Positions 37,446 through 47,633 of a stretch of DNA of 64,000 nt are shown one piece after another. Positions within the stretch are counted from its first letter, which is position 1. Every line of letters starts with the position of its first letter. The notes beneath the pieces were generated by a model that was given only the letters and a program-made list of their open reading frames with translations, had not been told where the DNA came from and searched no databases. Location: positions 128,001-192,000 of the forward strand of contig CAVUKB010000006.1 in the NCBI GenBank assembly GCA_963741955.1, given 5' to 3'. Source of the stretch: an uncultured Acidobacteriota bacterium (GTDB lineage Bacteria; Acidobacteriota; Thermoanaerobaculia; Gp7-AA8). The translations under genes and the position numbers were made by a program.

Positions 37446-40400
37446 ATGACCTCAGGAAGTCATCCGCCAGCCGGAACGCTGGCCGCATTTGCGGAAGGGC
37501 GCCTCGACGGGCAAGAGCGACGCGACGTAGTCGAGCATCTCGCCGGGTGCCGCGGGTGCTACGAGCTGTTCGAGGCGACCGCGCGCTTCGTCGAAGAGAG
37601 AGATGCGACGGGCGGCGAAACCGGGACAGTGGTCCAGTTGAGGAAGGAGTCCGGCGTATCCCTCCGCTGGGTCGCCGCGATCGCGGCGATGCTCCTCCTG
37701 ATCGCCGCGGCGGCGCTGGTACTCCGTACACGAGTCGCCTCGCCGTTCGACACGCTGGTCGCGTCGGCGAATGATCTCCCCAACCGAGTCACCACAGGAC
37801 GTCTGGATGCGGATTTCGCGTACCGGCCACCTCCAGTGGTGACCCGCGGGGCGACCGACGAGCAGAGCCGGAATCCTAAGTGGCTGAAGCTGGAAGGATC
37901 CGCGGGAGATGTACTGGAAGAGAATTCGGCGTCCGCACGCGAGCGGGCGGTCGCGATGCTGCTGACGGGCGACCCGCAGCGGGCGATCGATCTTCTGGAG
38001 AGTGAAGTTCGGAAGCATCCTGACGATGCGTCGGCGTGGAACGATCTTTCCGCAGCGAGGCTGGCGGCAGGCGAGAAGCTGCGAGACCCGTCACTGGCGG
38101 TGAAGGCGCTCGCCGCGGCGGACCAGGCCCTGAGGATCGAGCCGAACATGGCGCCGGCAGTGTTCAACCGTGCGCTCGCTCTGGAGGAGATGGGCCTGCT
38201 CGTACAGGCTCGCGAAGCGTGGCAGCACTTTCTCGAGCTCGATTCGTCGTCGGGGTGGGCTGCGGAGGCGGAGGCACACGTCCGGAAGCTGTCGTTCCAG
38301 AGCGAATCGAAGCGATGGAAGGAATCGATTCCAGAGCTCGAGTCGGCTGCGGTGGGAGGGAATTCGAAGCAGGTGAGCCGAATCGTCGCCGAATTCCCCG
38401 AGGAAGCGCGCCGGTGGGGAGAGGCGGTGTACCTCGGCGCGTGGGCTGATGCCCGGCAGAAGGGAGATGCGACGGGCGCCGCGAGGCAACTGACCATCGC
38501 GCGCGAGCTCGGAGAGGCCCTGCACGAAGTGAATGGGGAATCGATGCTGCGCGATGCGGTGGCGGCGATCGACTCGAGTCGCGGCGACGCGCTCGACGCT
38601 CTCACCCGCGGCGAGTTCCTCTATCGGGAGGGGCGGATTCTCCACAGCCGTAATCAGGCGACTGCCGCCGAGAAAATGCTGCGCGATTCGGAGAGTCTCC
38701 TCCGCCGTGGCGGCAGCCCCATGGCCCTCGTCGCGCGCTACTACGTCGGCAGCACCCTGTACGCTCAGACGAGGATCAGAGAGTGCGCGGACCTTCTCGA
38801 CCAGCTGGCGGCGGAGCCGCTCGAGTCGAAAGGGTACGACGCGCTTGCGGCCCAGATCGCATGGGAGAGAGGGCTTTCACATTGGGTGATGGGAGAAGCG
38901 GACGACGCGCTGGAGATCCTGACCGCCGGACGCGATCTCGCCAGCCGTCAATCGGAAAACGATCTGCGTGCATCGTTCGACGTATTCCTCGCGGACTACC
39001 ACGAGCATCTCGCCGAGCCGGCGCTGGCGTGGACCTACCGGCGCGAAGCACTGGAGTCGCTCGCGCGGCAGGGCAACGTGTTCCGGTCGAACGTCTGCCT
39101 CGACGCTCTGAGCAGGACGCTCGCCGAGCGCGACGACTGGGCCGGAGTGACGTCGGTGGCATCTCTTCTGGTGGAGCAGGGCGACGCGGAGAATCCGCTT
39201 CCGAACCACCATGCGCTCCTGTGGCGCGCGATGGCCTATCTGGAGAGGGGCGATGCGGCGTCCGCACGCGCGGACCTTGCACAGCTCGACCGGTGGATTG
39301 CGATGGAAAAGGACCAGGCGATTCACGAAGGACTGGTCTCGGATCGGGAGAGGCTCGAAGCGCTGATCGACGGCGAGAGCGATCCGTTGCGAGGAGCGGA
39401 GGAGATCAGCCGTACCATCGATTACGCGTCATCGCGGGATCTCGACGTCGCGGTACCTCAGCTTCTGCTCGAGCGAGGGCTGCTGGAGCGGAAGGGAGGA
39501 GCGTTCGAGAAGGCGCAGAGCGATCTCGACCAGGGTCTCCGGCTGGCGGAGGAGGAACGAGGAAAGGTCTCGGATCTCACGAACCGCGCCTCGCTCGACA
39601 CTACATGGGACGGACTCTTCGACGCGGCGATCGATCTCGCCGTCGAACGGAGAGAGGATGATCGAGCGTTTTCCCTGGCGGAGCGCCGCCTTTCCCGCGA
39701 CTTCATCGACGCATCGAAAGGAGATGCGATCGCCGCGACACCGGCGTCGCTCCACGATCTGGAGACCGCGTTGTCGGCGGACGCGGCATTGCTCGAGCTC
39801 TCGTCACTTCCGGACAGCGTCGCAGTGACTCTCGTCCGTCGCGGGTCATCGATCACCTGGCGACGGCCGGTCGGGCGGCAGGATCTCTCGTCGCGAGCCG
39901 GCGCGTTGCTGAGCGAGGAGCCGAACCGTTCCCGCGAGGCGGCAGAATCACTTTTCTCCGAGCTGATCGCCCCGGCGACGCAAAGTCTCGCCGGGGTCAG
40001 GTCTCTCGCGATCGTCGCGGATGCGCATTTCCGGAAGATTCCCTTCGCTGCCCTGATCGATCCGGCCGATGGGAAGCTGCTCGTCGAGAAGTTCCAGCTG
40101 ATCGAACCCCCGTGTGCCAGCATTGCCCTCGAGGCATCTCAGAAAATCAAGCGCAAAGTGCGCCACGACGGGATCGCCCTGCTGGTCGATCCGCAGTCGA
40201 GAGATCCGCGGTACGCCGCGCTTTCCGGGGCGGAGGCAGAGGTGGACCGGCTCGCAGCGCTCTATCCGAATGCGGTGACGCTGCGCGGCGACGACGCGAC
40301 GCGAGAACGGGTGCTGGCGATGCTCCCCACTGCTGCCCTGGTCCATTTCGCAGGACACGGAGAGGCCGATCCGGCTCACCCGCGGAGGTCGAGCCTTCTT

Positions 40401-40781
40401 CTCTCCGGTCCGCACGGCGCCGCGACGCGCCTCGAGGCTGCGGAGATCGCATCGCTGAGGCTCCCCGCCACCGCTCTGGTGGTCCTCGGCGCGTGCGATT
40501 CCGGGAAGAGTCTCGGGCGGAACGGGATCGACAGCGTCGGCGCGGCGTTCCTCGCCGCCGGTGCGACTCGGGTTGTGGCCTCACGCTGGAAGATCGAAGA
40601 CGCTGGCGCGGCGGAGCTCCTCTCGCGTTTTCACCGGCGGCTGACCCGCGGGGAGACGCCCATCGCCGCTCTCCGCGGCGTGCAGATCGACGCGGCACGG
40701 GCGAGCGACGGAAGCTTGCGACCTCTTCGCGAGTGGGCGGCGCTCTACCTGATGGGCGGTTCCGAAGAACTGCTAAACTGA
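37446..40781 (+). CDS. zf-HC2 anti-sigma domain - TM - TPR - CHAT (caspase-like) protein
   Basis: HLAGCRGC zinc motif; TM WVAAIAAMLLLIAAAALVL; TPRs (AWNDLSAA, AVFNRALALE); CHAT His HFAGHG and Cys LGACDSG; VVASRWKIED; WAAL. Confidence 0.92.
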   Translation: MTSGSHPPAGTLAAFAEGRLDGQERRDVVEHLAGCRGCYELFEATARFVEERDATGGETGTVVQLRKESGVSLRWVAAIAAMLLLIAAAALVLRTRVASPFDTLVASANDLPNRVTTGRLDADFAYRPPPVVTRGATDEQSRNPKWLKLEGSAGDVLEENSASARERAVAMLLTGDPQRAIDLLESEVRKHPDDASAWNDLSAARLAAGEKLRDPSLAVKALAAADQALRIEPNMAPAVFNRALALEEMGLLVQAREAWQHFLELDSSSGWAAEAEAHVRKLSFQSESKRWKESIPELESAAVGGNSKQVSRIVAEFPEEARRWGEAVYLGAWADARQKGDATGAARQLTIARELGEALHEVNGESMLRDAVAAIDSSRGDALDALTRGEFLYREGRILHSRNQATAAEKMLRDSESLLRRGGSPMALVARYYVGSTLYAQTRIRECADLLDQLAAEPLESKGYDALAAQIAWERGLSHWVMGEADDALEILTAGRDLASRQSENDLRASFDVFLADYHEHLAEPALAWTYRREALESLARQGNVFRSNVCLDALSRTLAERDDWAGVTSVASLLVEQGDAENPLPNHHALLWRAMAYLERGDAASARADLAQLDRWIAMEKDQAIHEGLVSDRERLEALIDGESDPLRGAEEISRTIDYASSRDLDVAVPQLLLERGLLERKGGAFEKAQSDLDQGLRLAEEERGKVSDLTNRASLDTTWDGLFDAAIDLAVERREDDRAFSLAERRLSRDFIDASKGDAIAATPASLHDLETALSADAALLELSSLPDSVAVTLVRRGSSITWRRPVGRQDLSSRAGALLSEEPNRSREAAESLFSELIAPATQSLAGVRSLAIVADAHFRKIPFAALIDPADGKLLVEKFQLIEPPCASIALEASQKIKRKVRHDGIALLVDPQSRDPRYAALSGAEAEVDRLAALYPNAVTLRGDDATRERVLAMLPTAALVHFAGHGEADPAHPRRSSLLLSGPHGAATRLEAAEIASLRLPATALVVLGACDSGKSLGRNGIDSVGAAFLAAGATRVVASRWKIEDAGAAELLSRFHRRLTRGETPIAALRGVQIDAARASDGSLRPLREWAALYLMGGSEELLN

Positions 40782-40843
40782 CCCCACGCAGATACCGCAG
40801 GAAAAGGGTCCGCGAATTCCTTGATCCCGAAGGAGGAGGAGCC

Positions 40844-41599
40844 ATGCAGTTTCGCATTCGGTTTTTCGGAATGGTCTGTCACGTTCTCGACGGCGAACCG
40901 GTCCGGGCAGTGTTCCTGAAAGAACCGTCCGGGGAAGATCCGAACCACAAGGCACGCATGATCATCGACGAAGATCTCGTCGATCCGCAAAGCGTGCAGC
41001 AGATCTTCCCGGGCACCACGCCGACTGGAGGAAAGTACACTCTTCCACTGACCCATCGCGGACTCGCTTTCGCTGGTGCCACGACAACGAAGCCGCAGGC
41101 GGCGGGATCGTTCAGTGATCTCGTTCCGAGCCTCGTCCAGATCACCGAAACGATGATGAGCGAGATCAATGCGGGAGTGTACGCGTCCGACACGACGGCG
41201 TGGGACGTGATACAGGCGTGGTTCGATTATCCCGGCGGATCATTGACTGCAACGCCCTATCCGCAGCAGGGAAAGGTGGTGTGGGACCACCACCCGGGGC
41301 GGCCGTCCTACCTTCGCCCGGTCGGGAAAGAGGTCTATCTCCAGTGCGAGAACGACGAGGCCGTTCTCCTGGTCACCGACGGGTCGACCGATCCGGCGAA
41401 GAGGCTGATTCTGACGCCCCGGGGGCAGCGTCTCGACTTCAGCCTGGAGAACGGATCGACGTACGGCAGCGGTCACTGGAAGCTGAACTACTCGTTGAGC
41501 GTGAAGCCTGTTCCGGACGACCCCGATCTCCTCCCCGAGAGCGACGGTCCGACGCTGCAGAGTGACGTTCCGGGTTGCTCGAATTCGCAGTTCCCCTGA
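40844..41599 (+). CDS. 251-aa hypothetical protein ending PGCSNSQFP, CHAT-associated
   Basis: ATG 40844 with strong AGGAGGAGG RBS, 62 bp after the CHAT stop; the ORF-track start at 40112 is spurious. Confidence 0.8.
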   Translation: MQFRIRFFGMVCHVLDGEPVRAVFLKEPSGEDPNHKARMIIDEDLVDPQSVQQIFPGTTPTGGKYTLPLTHRGLAFAGATTTKPQAAGSFSDLVPSLVQITETMMSEINAGVYASDTTAWDVIQAWFDYPGGSLTATPYPQQGKVVWDHHPGRPSYLRPVGKEVYLQCENDEAVLLVTDGSTDPAKRLILTPRGQRLDFSLENGSTYGSGHWKLNYSLSVKPVPDDPDLLPESDGPTLQSDVPGCSNSQFP

Positions 41600-42363
41600 G
41601 GGGGAATGGAAATTTCCGGCGTTCGTCCGTCCAACCGACGGGAGCAGTCATCGAGACGCTCCCGTCGGAGGCCGAGATGTCGCGCAAGCTCGAATCTTTT
41701 CATCGGATTACGTCGACGAGTGCCCATCACATGGTGCTCCGGCGGCGGCTGGTCGCACTCTGGAGATCCCGACGCCTCGCTGCCGGAGCCATCGATCATC
41801 TCGCGTTCGGCGTGGTGATTCTCGACGGCGGCCGGCGCGTGCTCTCGATGAACAGGGCCGCGAGCGCGATCGTGGATCGCCGCGATGGGCTCTCGCTCAG
41901 CGAAGGGTCGATTCACCCGACCGACCGGCGCACCCGTTGCGCGTTCGACGAGTTCGTCAGAGAGGCGCTCGCACCGCGCTCCAGGCCATCCGGTGACGAC
42001 GCCGTGCTGACCATCGATCGCGCTTCGGGCTCACGCCCCTACACCGTGGTGGTTTGCCCGTTGAACGATCAGGCCTCGTTTCACGGCTCGTTCCGAGCCG
42101 CGGTCGCACTTTTCATCATGGATCCCGATGCGCCGGTGGAGCTCAGGCCGCAACGTCTGCGAGCGCTCTATTCGCTCACCCCCCGTGAGACGGAGCTCGC
42201 CAGCCGCCTCCTCGGAGGTTCGACGCTGGACGACATCGCACACCAGCTGGGAGTCACCATGAACACCGTCCGCTGCCAGCTCAAGAGAATCTTTCAGAAG
42301 ACCGGCACCAGTCGCCAGTCGGAGCTGGTGATTCTGCTCGGCTCACTGCGCATGGTCGCGTGA
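41575..42363 (+). CDS. PAS-like plus LuxR HTH transcriptional regulator
   Basis: GVVILDGGRRVLSMNRAA; YSLTPRETELA..IAHQLGVTMNTVRCQLKRIFQKTGTSRQSELV; start uncertain (ATG 41678 possible). Confidence 0.85.
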   Translation: MLEFAVPLRGNGNFRRSSVQPTGAVIETLPSEAEMSRKLESFHRITSTSAHHMVLRRRLVALWRSRRLAAGAIDHLAFGVVILDGGRRVLSMNRAASAIVDRRDGLSLSEGSIHPTDRRTRCAFDEFVREALAPRSRPSGDDAVLTIDRASGSRPYTVVVCPLNDQASFHGSFRAAVALFIMDPDAPVELRPQRLRALYSLTPRETELASRLLGGSTLDDIAHQLGVTMNTVRCQLKRIFQKTGTSRQSELVILLGSLRMVA

Positions 42364-42461
42364 GGCCGCTGCCGCCGCACCTGCTGCGGCGGAATGCGGC
42401 GCAAACTCAGCGAAGGAGCAGAGCAGCGGGGAGGAATGCGAATCCTTTCAGCGGGATCCGA

Positions 42462-42850
42462 AGGTGTCTCGACCGTACCGGTCGGACGAAGGCTTCGCTC
42501 GAGCCACAAGGATCCTCTCGATCCGCTCTGAACGTGATCGCCGCGGCGGATCTGAGGATCCGCACCCCACAGCTACATCTCTCTTTGGAGTGCAGGTGTC
42601 TCGACCGTACCCGTCGGACGAAGGCTTCGCTTTCAGCCACATGAGTCCTCTCGATCTGTTCCGAACGTGATCGCCGCGGCGGATCTGAGGATCCGCACCC
42701 CACAGCTACATCTCTCTTTGGAGTGCAGGTGTCTCGACCGTACCCGGTCGGACGAAGGCTTCGCTCGAGCCACAAGGATCCTCTCGATCCGCTCTGAACG
42801 TGATCGCCGCGGCGGATCTGAGGATCCGCACCCCATAGCGACATCTCTCC
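42462..42850. repeat. Tandem array of ~3 x 132-133 bp REP/BIME-like units
   Basis: Units start 42462, 42594, 42727; each holds hairpin GCGGATCTGAGGATCCGC and GACCGTAC(C)CGGTC-like palindromes; between convergent genes. Confidence 0.88.
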
Positions 42851-42894
42851 CTGGGGCAGAGTCCTCCGATCCGCGTCGAGAATCGGCGACGGCC

Positions 42895-43437
42895 TCACGG
42901 CCATCCTCTCATCGGCTGCAACCTCGCCGCGTCGCGGCAGGCGGGACAGAACCTCGGTTCTTTGACGTCGATCAGCTCGACCGAATGCGCAGATGCCATC
43001 ACGCAACGGTAATCGTCGCAGTGCCTGAGACCGAGCATGTGTCCGGTCTCGTGGATCGCTTCCTTCAGGAGGCGACCGGTAAGGAGGGGCAGCTCTTCTT
43101 CGAGCCCGTAGAACGTCTGCCGGAGACGGTGATAAGAGACGACTCCGGCGACCCCTCCGAGCTGGGCCTCACCGAAGACGAACGTGAGAATCGGGATGTA
43201 GAGGTCGAGGGGAGTGACTCCGAGAACGAGCTCGCGTCCGTTCTTCCTGGCAGCCAGCTTCTCGATCAGCTCCGATGAATGGAACTGCTGCCGCTCGGGA
43301 TGCAGAGTTCCCGACGGATCGAGCGGAGATTCGTCGATGCGGGCGCTGTATCCGAGCTCCTGGAACATCGGAAAACGGATCGCGTCCACCAGCGGAGGAT
43401 CGGGCGAGCCGATCCTGACGAGGCGGATCGTTTTCAT
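42895..43437 (-). CDS. Archaemetzincin (peptidase M54) zinc metalloprotease
   Basis: FVFGEA, KEAIHETGHMLGLRHC..CVM..S..D.K..FCPAC; ATGA overlap with upstream gene. Confidence 0.92.
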   Translation of the reverse strand: MKTIRLVRIGSPDPPLVDAIRFPMFQELGYSARIDESPLDPSGTLHPERQQFHSSELIEKLAARKNGRELVLGVTPLDLYIPILTFVFGEAQLGGVAGVVSYHRLRQTFYGLEEELPLLTGRLLKEAIHETGHMLGLRHCDDYRCVMASAHSVELIDVKEPRFCPACRDAARLQPMRGWP

Positions 43438-44795
43438 CGTGCGTGCGCAGTCTGCCGAGACCAGCCGTACTTCTTGAGCTTGTTGTGCAGCGTCACCCGG
43501 TCGATGGCGAGAATCTCCGCCGCCCTGGTCTGATTCCCTCCGCACTCCTCCACGACCTGGAGGATGTAGGCACGCTCGATGTCCTCCAGCTTCTTGATCT
43601 CGCTCTCGTGGCCGTCTCCATTCGGACGGACCGCGAAGTCGTTCTCCCTCAGCTCTGACGCTGTGGCCACGACCATGGCTCGCTCGACGGCATTCTCGAG
43701 CTCCCGGATGTTGCCGGGCCAGTCGCAGCGCTGCAGCAACTCCATTGCAGCAGGGGTGATCCCTGAGACCTTCTTGTTCATCGACATCGCAAACTTGCGG
43801 ATGAAGTGCGCGGTGAGGAGCGGAATGTCCTGCTTCCGTTCGCGGAGAGGCGGGAGCTCCACCCGGAAGACGTTCAGCCGGTAGAAGAGGTCCGGACGGA
43901 ACTTCCCTTCCTCGATCAACGTCTCGAGGTTCTTGTTCGTCGCGGCGACACAGCGGAAATCGACTTTGATCGCCTGGTGACCTCCGACTCTCGTCACCTC
44001 GCGCTCCTGGAGGACGCGCAGCAGATCCGTCTGGGTCTTCAGGGAGATGTCCCCGATCTCGTCGAGAAAGACCGTTCCCCCTTCGGCGACCTCGAATTTT
44101 CCCTTCTTCCGGTACTGCGCGCCGGTGAAGGCCCCTTTCTCGTGACCGAAAAGCTCGCTCTCGAGAAGCGTCTCAGTGAGTGCGCCGCAATGGATGGCAA
44201 CGAGAGGGTGGAATCTCCGGGGACTCGCAGCATGGACTGCGCGCGCGACGAGCTCTTTCCCGGTGCCACTCTCGCCGGTGATCAGCACGGTTGCATCCGT
44301 GGGGCCGACCGTTTCGATCGAGTCGAGCACCTTGCGCATGGGGGGACTCTGTCCCACGAGCTCGGAAGGAAGAACGCTGCTGGCGATGGTGTCGCGCATC
44401 CGGAGATTCTCGGCTTGTGCGTGTCGCAGGTTCAGAGCGTTCCGGACGATGTGAGTGATGTCGTCGGGGTCGAGCGGTTTGGTCACGTAGTCGAACGCGC
44501 CGTTCTTCAATGCGGTGACGGCGGTGTCCACCGAGGCGTAGCCGGTCATGATGATCACCGAAAGATCCGGGTCGATCTCGTGGATCCGTCGCTGGAGCTC
44601 GATCCCATCGGTGCCGCGCATCTTGATGTCGACCAGCGCCACGTCCCAGCGCCGCTCCGCGAGACGGGTCAGTGCGGCGTTCGCGTCTTCGGCCGATCCG
44701 ACCTCGTAATCCTCGTCACGGAACCAGCGTCCGAGTGAATCGCGGACACTCAGCTCGTCGTCGACGATCAGTATGCTTCCTTTCGATTGGCTCAC
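43434..44795 (-). CDS. Sigma-54-dependent response regulator (NtrC/AtoC family)
   Basis: REC domain, [33 protein letters not shown], Fis HTH. Confidence 0.95.
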   Translation of the reverse strand: MSQSKGSILIVDDELSVRDSLGRWFRDEDYEVGSAEDANAALTRLAERRWDVALVDIKMRGTDGIELQRRIHEIDPDLSVIIMTGYASVDTAVTALKNGAFDYVTKPLDPDDITHIVRNALNLRHAQAENLRMRDTIASSVLPSELVGQSPPMRKVLDSIETVGPTDATVLITGESGTGKELVARAVHAASPRRFHPLVAIHCGALTETLLESELFGHEKGAFTGAQYRKKGKFEVAEGGTVFLDEIGDISLKTQTDLLRVLQEREVTRVGGHQAIKVDFRCVAATNKNLETLIEEGKFRPDLFYRLNVFRVELPPLRERKQDIPLLTAHFIRKFAMSMNKKVSGITPAAMELLQRCDWPGNIRELENAVERAMVVATASELRENDFAVRPNGDGHESEIKKLEDIERAYILQVVEECGGNQTRAAEILAIDRVTLHNKLKKYGWSRQTAHAR

Positions 44796-44811
44796 GGGAT
44801 CCTCCTTGGTC

Positions 44812-46455
44812 TCAAACCGCGCACGACTCGGGGACGGGATCGGTTGCTGCGACTTCGGCCGGGAAGATCACCGTGAACTTCGTCCCTCTTCCGGGAGACG
44901 AGTCGACTTCGATCCTTCCGCCGTGTCTTTCGACGATTCGTTTACTGATTGCGAGCCCCAGTCCGACTCCATGTCCGTCGCCTTTCGTCGTGACGAACGG
45001 CTCGAAAAGATTCGGGAGAACGTCGTCGGGAATGCCGCAGCCGTTGTCTTCGACCACCAGCGCGACCTCGTGCGGCTCGCTTCGGGATGACGTCGCGATC
45101 CGCAGCGCACCCTCCTGGTCCATCGCGTCGATCGCATTGATCACCAGAGCCAGGAGAACCTGCTCGATCTGAGACGGATCGCCGTGAACGGTCGGAAGGT
45201 CGTCACTCAGATCGAGAGTGGCGGTGATGTTCGCCAGCTCCAGCTTGTGGGCCACGAGCTGCATGCAGCGGCGCACCACCGGATTCACCTCCACGTGCTG
45301 GAGGTTCATGGGCGAGGTACGGGCAAAGGTGAGGAGGTTCCTCACGATCTCCCCGCAGCGGCGGCTCTCGCTCTCGATCAGCTGGAGCGATTCGCTCATG
45401 TCGGTCCGTCGATCCTCGATCCGCTCTCCCCGGTCGATCCATTTCCGGATCAGTTTCGCGTAGGTGAGAATGCCCGAGAGGGGGTTGTTGATCTCATGGG
45501 CCACGACTGCGGCCATCTTTCCGAGTGAGGCGAGCTTCTCCGCCTGCAGCATCTGAGCGTGTATCGACTTCAGCTCGTTGCTCTTCTCTTCCACCCGGTC
45601 CTCGAGCGTGCGTGCCCACGCGGTGCTCTCCTCGTGGGCTTCGGCCAGCTGCCGGCTCATCTGGTTGAACGAGAGTGAGAGCTCACCGAGCTCGTCGCTC
45701 GACGAGACGTGAATCTGGACTCCGAGCTGGCCGCCGCCGAGCCGGTCCGTCGCTCTGCGTAGTGCGCGAACGGGGCGATGGACCACACCCCACACGAAGA
45801 GGCCGATGAAGATCGCGACCGCGAGAGCGCCGAGGAGACTGTAGAGGAAAAGCCGGTGAAAGCTGCTGGCGAGATTCGCATCTGCAGAAGCGAGAGAGAG
45901 ATTCGTGTCGAGTACGCCGAGTACTTTCTGGTCCGGCGAGTGGGCGTGGCATGCGGCATTCCAGCAGCTCGGCTGGTTGTAGATGGGATTGATGATTCCG
46001 AGCACCCGTTCACCGCCCGCCTGGTAGATGCGGAAGCGGTCCGGGCGGGTCAGGTGAGTCAGCGGTTGGGATTGAGCGTGACAGCCATAGCAGGCTTCGG
46101 CACTCTTGTCGACGTAGCGGTCCACTTCAGAGGGGTGACTGGAGAAGCTGATCTTTCCTTCCCGGTTGAAGATCCGCACCCGGACCATGCCCGGTTCGTC
46201 GGCCATGGTCCGGATGATGTGATAAAGCCCGTCGCGATCGTTCCGCAGCATGTAGTACGTCGTGCTGCGGTGAAGCACGTCGCTGACCCGGCCGGCGCTC
46301 TGGAGCGTCGCCGATTCGAGGTCACGACGGTGGAGGCGGATGGTGAGGAAGCCGAGCGTCGAGATCACCAGCAGAAGCGTGGCGAGAAGCATGAAGAAAA
46401 GCTTCCCGCCGACACTCCGGCGAATCCGGTTGAACGCTGACATTCGCTTCCGCAC
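44812..46455 (-). CDS. Membrane HAMP histidine kinase with heme-c-like motifs in the periplasmic domain
   Basis: Two TMs; CYGCH and CWNAACH; HAMP; AHEINNPL; DNGCGI; GVGLGL. Confidence 0.9.
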   Translation of the reverse strand: MRKRMSAFNRIRRSVGGKLFFMLLATLLLVISTLGFLTIRLHRRDLESATLQSAGRVSDVLHRSTTYYMLRNDRDGLYHIIRTMADEPGMVRVRIFNREGKISFSSHPSEVDRYVDKSAEACYGCHAQSQPLTHLTRPDRFRIYQAGGERVLGIINPIYNQPSCWNAACHAHSPDQKVLGVLDTNLSLASADANLASSFHRLFLYSLLGALAVAIFIGLFVWGVVHRPVRALRRATDRLGGGQLGVQIHVSSSDELGELSLSFNQMSRQLAEAHEESTAWARTLEDRVEEKSNELKSIHAQMLQAEKLASLGKMAAVVAHEINNPLSGILTYAKLIRKWIDRGERIEDRRTDMSESLQLIESESRRCGEIVRNLLTFARTSPMNLQHVEVNPVVRRCMQLVAHKLELANITATLDLSDDLPTVHGDPSQIEQVLLALVINAIDAMDQEGALRIATSSRSEPHEVALVVEDNGCGIPDDVLPNLFEPFVTTKGDGHGVGLGLAISKRIVERHGGRIEVDSSPGRGTKFTVIFPAEVAATDPVPESCAV

Positions 46456-46466
46456 GTGGCTCTCCC

Positions 46467-47633
46467 CTACTGCGCGACCGCCGGTTCTCCGGCGACCATC
46501 GGTTCCTCTTCCACCGTTCCGACTTCATGCGAGAAGATCGGAAGGTACTTCACTGCGAGGGCGAAAAGAGTGACGCCGACCGCGACGATGCTCATCGTGA
46601 TCGCGACCTCCGGCCACTTCGGGACGTAGGTCACCCCGGCTGCGCCTTCCATTCCGGTGATACTGATGTTCAGCCGGTTGATGACGAACCCGAACACCAC
46701 GAGGATGGAGATCAGATAGAGACCCTTCGGATTCTCACGGAACTTCGGGATGAGAAGAAGGATGATCGGAATGATCAACGCGGTCGCGATCTCGAGGAGG
46801 AAGAGATTCGCTTCGTAAGAGCCGTCGAAGATGTACTTCAGTGCGTCTCTCCGATAGAGGCTCTGGAAGCGCATCACCGCGTAGAGGATCAGAACCACGG
46901 TCAGGATCTTCCCGAGCCTGGCGAGAATCGACGGCTGCAGCTGATGCCCGAAGTGTCGCGCGGACATGGTCGACTCGAAGATGGTCATCGCGATTCCGAC
47001 CGCGATCGCGGAGATGAAGAAGAACACCGGCAGAAGGCTGCTGTACCACAGCGGGTGGAGTTTGCCGGCCATGATCAGGTAGAGGCTTCCGAGAGACGAC
47101 TGATGGAGAGTCGAAAGAAGGACGCCGAGGATGACGATCGGAAGCGAGATCGCATGGATGATCCGCAGCGGCCGCTCCATCCGGAAACGCTCGAACACCA
47201 CTGGCAGGAACTCCAGCGTCAGGACCGTGGTGTAGAGCATCACACACCAGCCGACCTCGAACATCACCGAATGGGGATTCCACATCACCAGCGGATGCCA
47301 GATGTTCCATGGCTTGCCGAGATCGAACATCAGCGCCGCGCAGACCAGCAGATATCCGAGGTATGCAGTGAGCAGCGCAGGTCGTGAGACCGGCTTGAAT
47401 CGTTCGGCGTGAAAGATGTGCACGAATGCCATCAGGGTGAAACCGCCGGCGGCCAGCATCACGCCGCAGAGGACGTCGAAGCCGACCCAGATACCCCAGG
47501 GAAAGTCGTCGCTGAGGTGAGTCGCACCGCCCAGCCCCTGGGTGAAGCGGATCCAGGTGGCCCAGGCGCCGGCTGCGAGGATGAGGACGAGCACCACGCG
47601 CCAGAAAGTGATTCTGGGGGCTCGGAATGTCAT
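46467..47633 (-). CDS. NrfD/PsrC-family (HybB/HmcC-like) polytopic membrane subunit
   Basis: LSDDFPWGIWVGFDV, DLGKPWNIWHP..SVMFEV, LSTLHQSSLG, KLHPLW. Confidence 0.88.
   Translation of the reverse strand: MTFRAPRITFWRVVLVLILAAGAWATWIRFTQGLGGATHLSDDFPWGIWVGFDVLCGVMLAAGGFTLMAFVHIFHAERFKPVSRPALLTAYLGYLLVCAALMFDLGKPWNIWHPLVMWNPHSVMFEVGWCVMLYTTVLTLEFLPVVFERFRMERPLRIIHAISLPIVILGVLLSTLHQSSLGSLYLIMAGKLHPLWYSSLLPVFFFISAIAVGIAMTIFESTMSARHFGHQLQPSILARLGKILTVVLILYAVMRFQSLYRRDALKYIFDGSYEANLFLLEIATALIIPIILLLIPKFRENPKGLYLISILVVFGFVINRLNISITGMEGAAGVTYVPKWPEVAITMSIVAVGVTLFALAVKYLPIFSHEVGTVEEEPMVAGEPAVAQ

Noticed and set aside
40112-40843. N-terminal extension of the CHAT partner ORF
   Set aside because: Arg-rich off-frame overlap with the CHAT gene; the strong RBS supports ATG 40844
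36576-41599. Type III-E CRISPR (Craspase) locus
   Set aside because: No Cas7-11, Csx30/31 or array recognisable; only the CHAT plus sigma logic is shared
42462-42850. Possible CRISPR array
   Set aside because: Whole 132-bp units repeat with no unique spacers, and no cas genes are in the window
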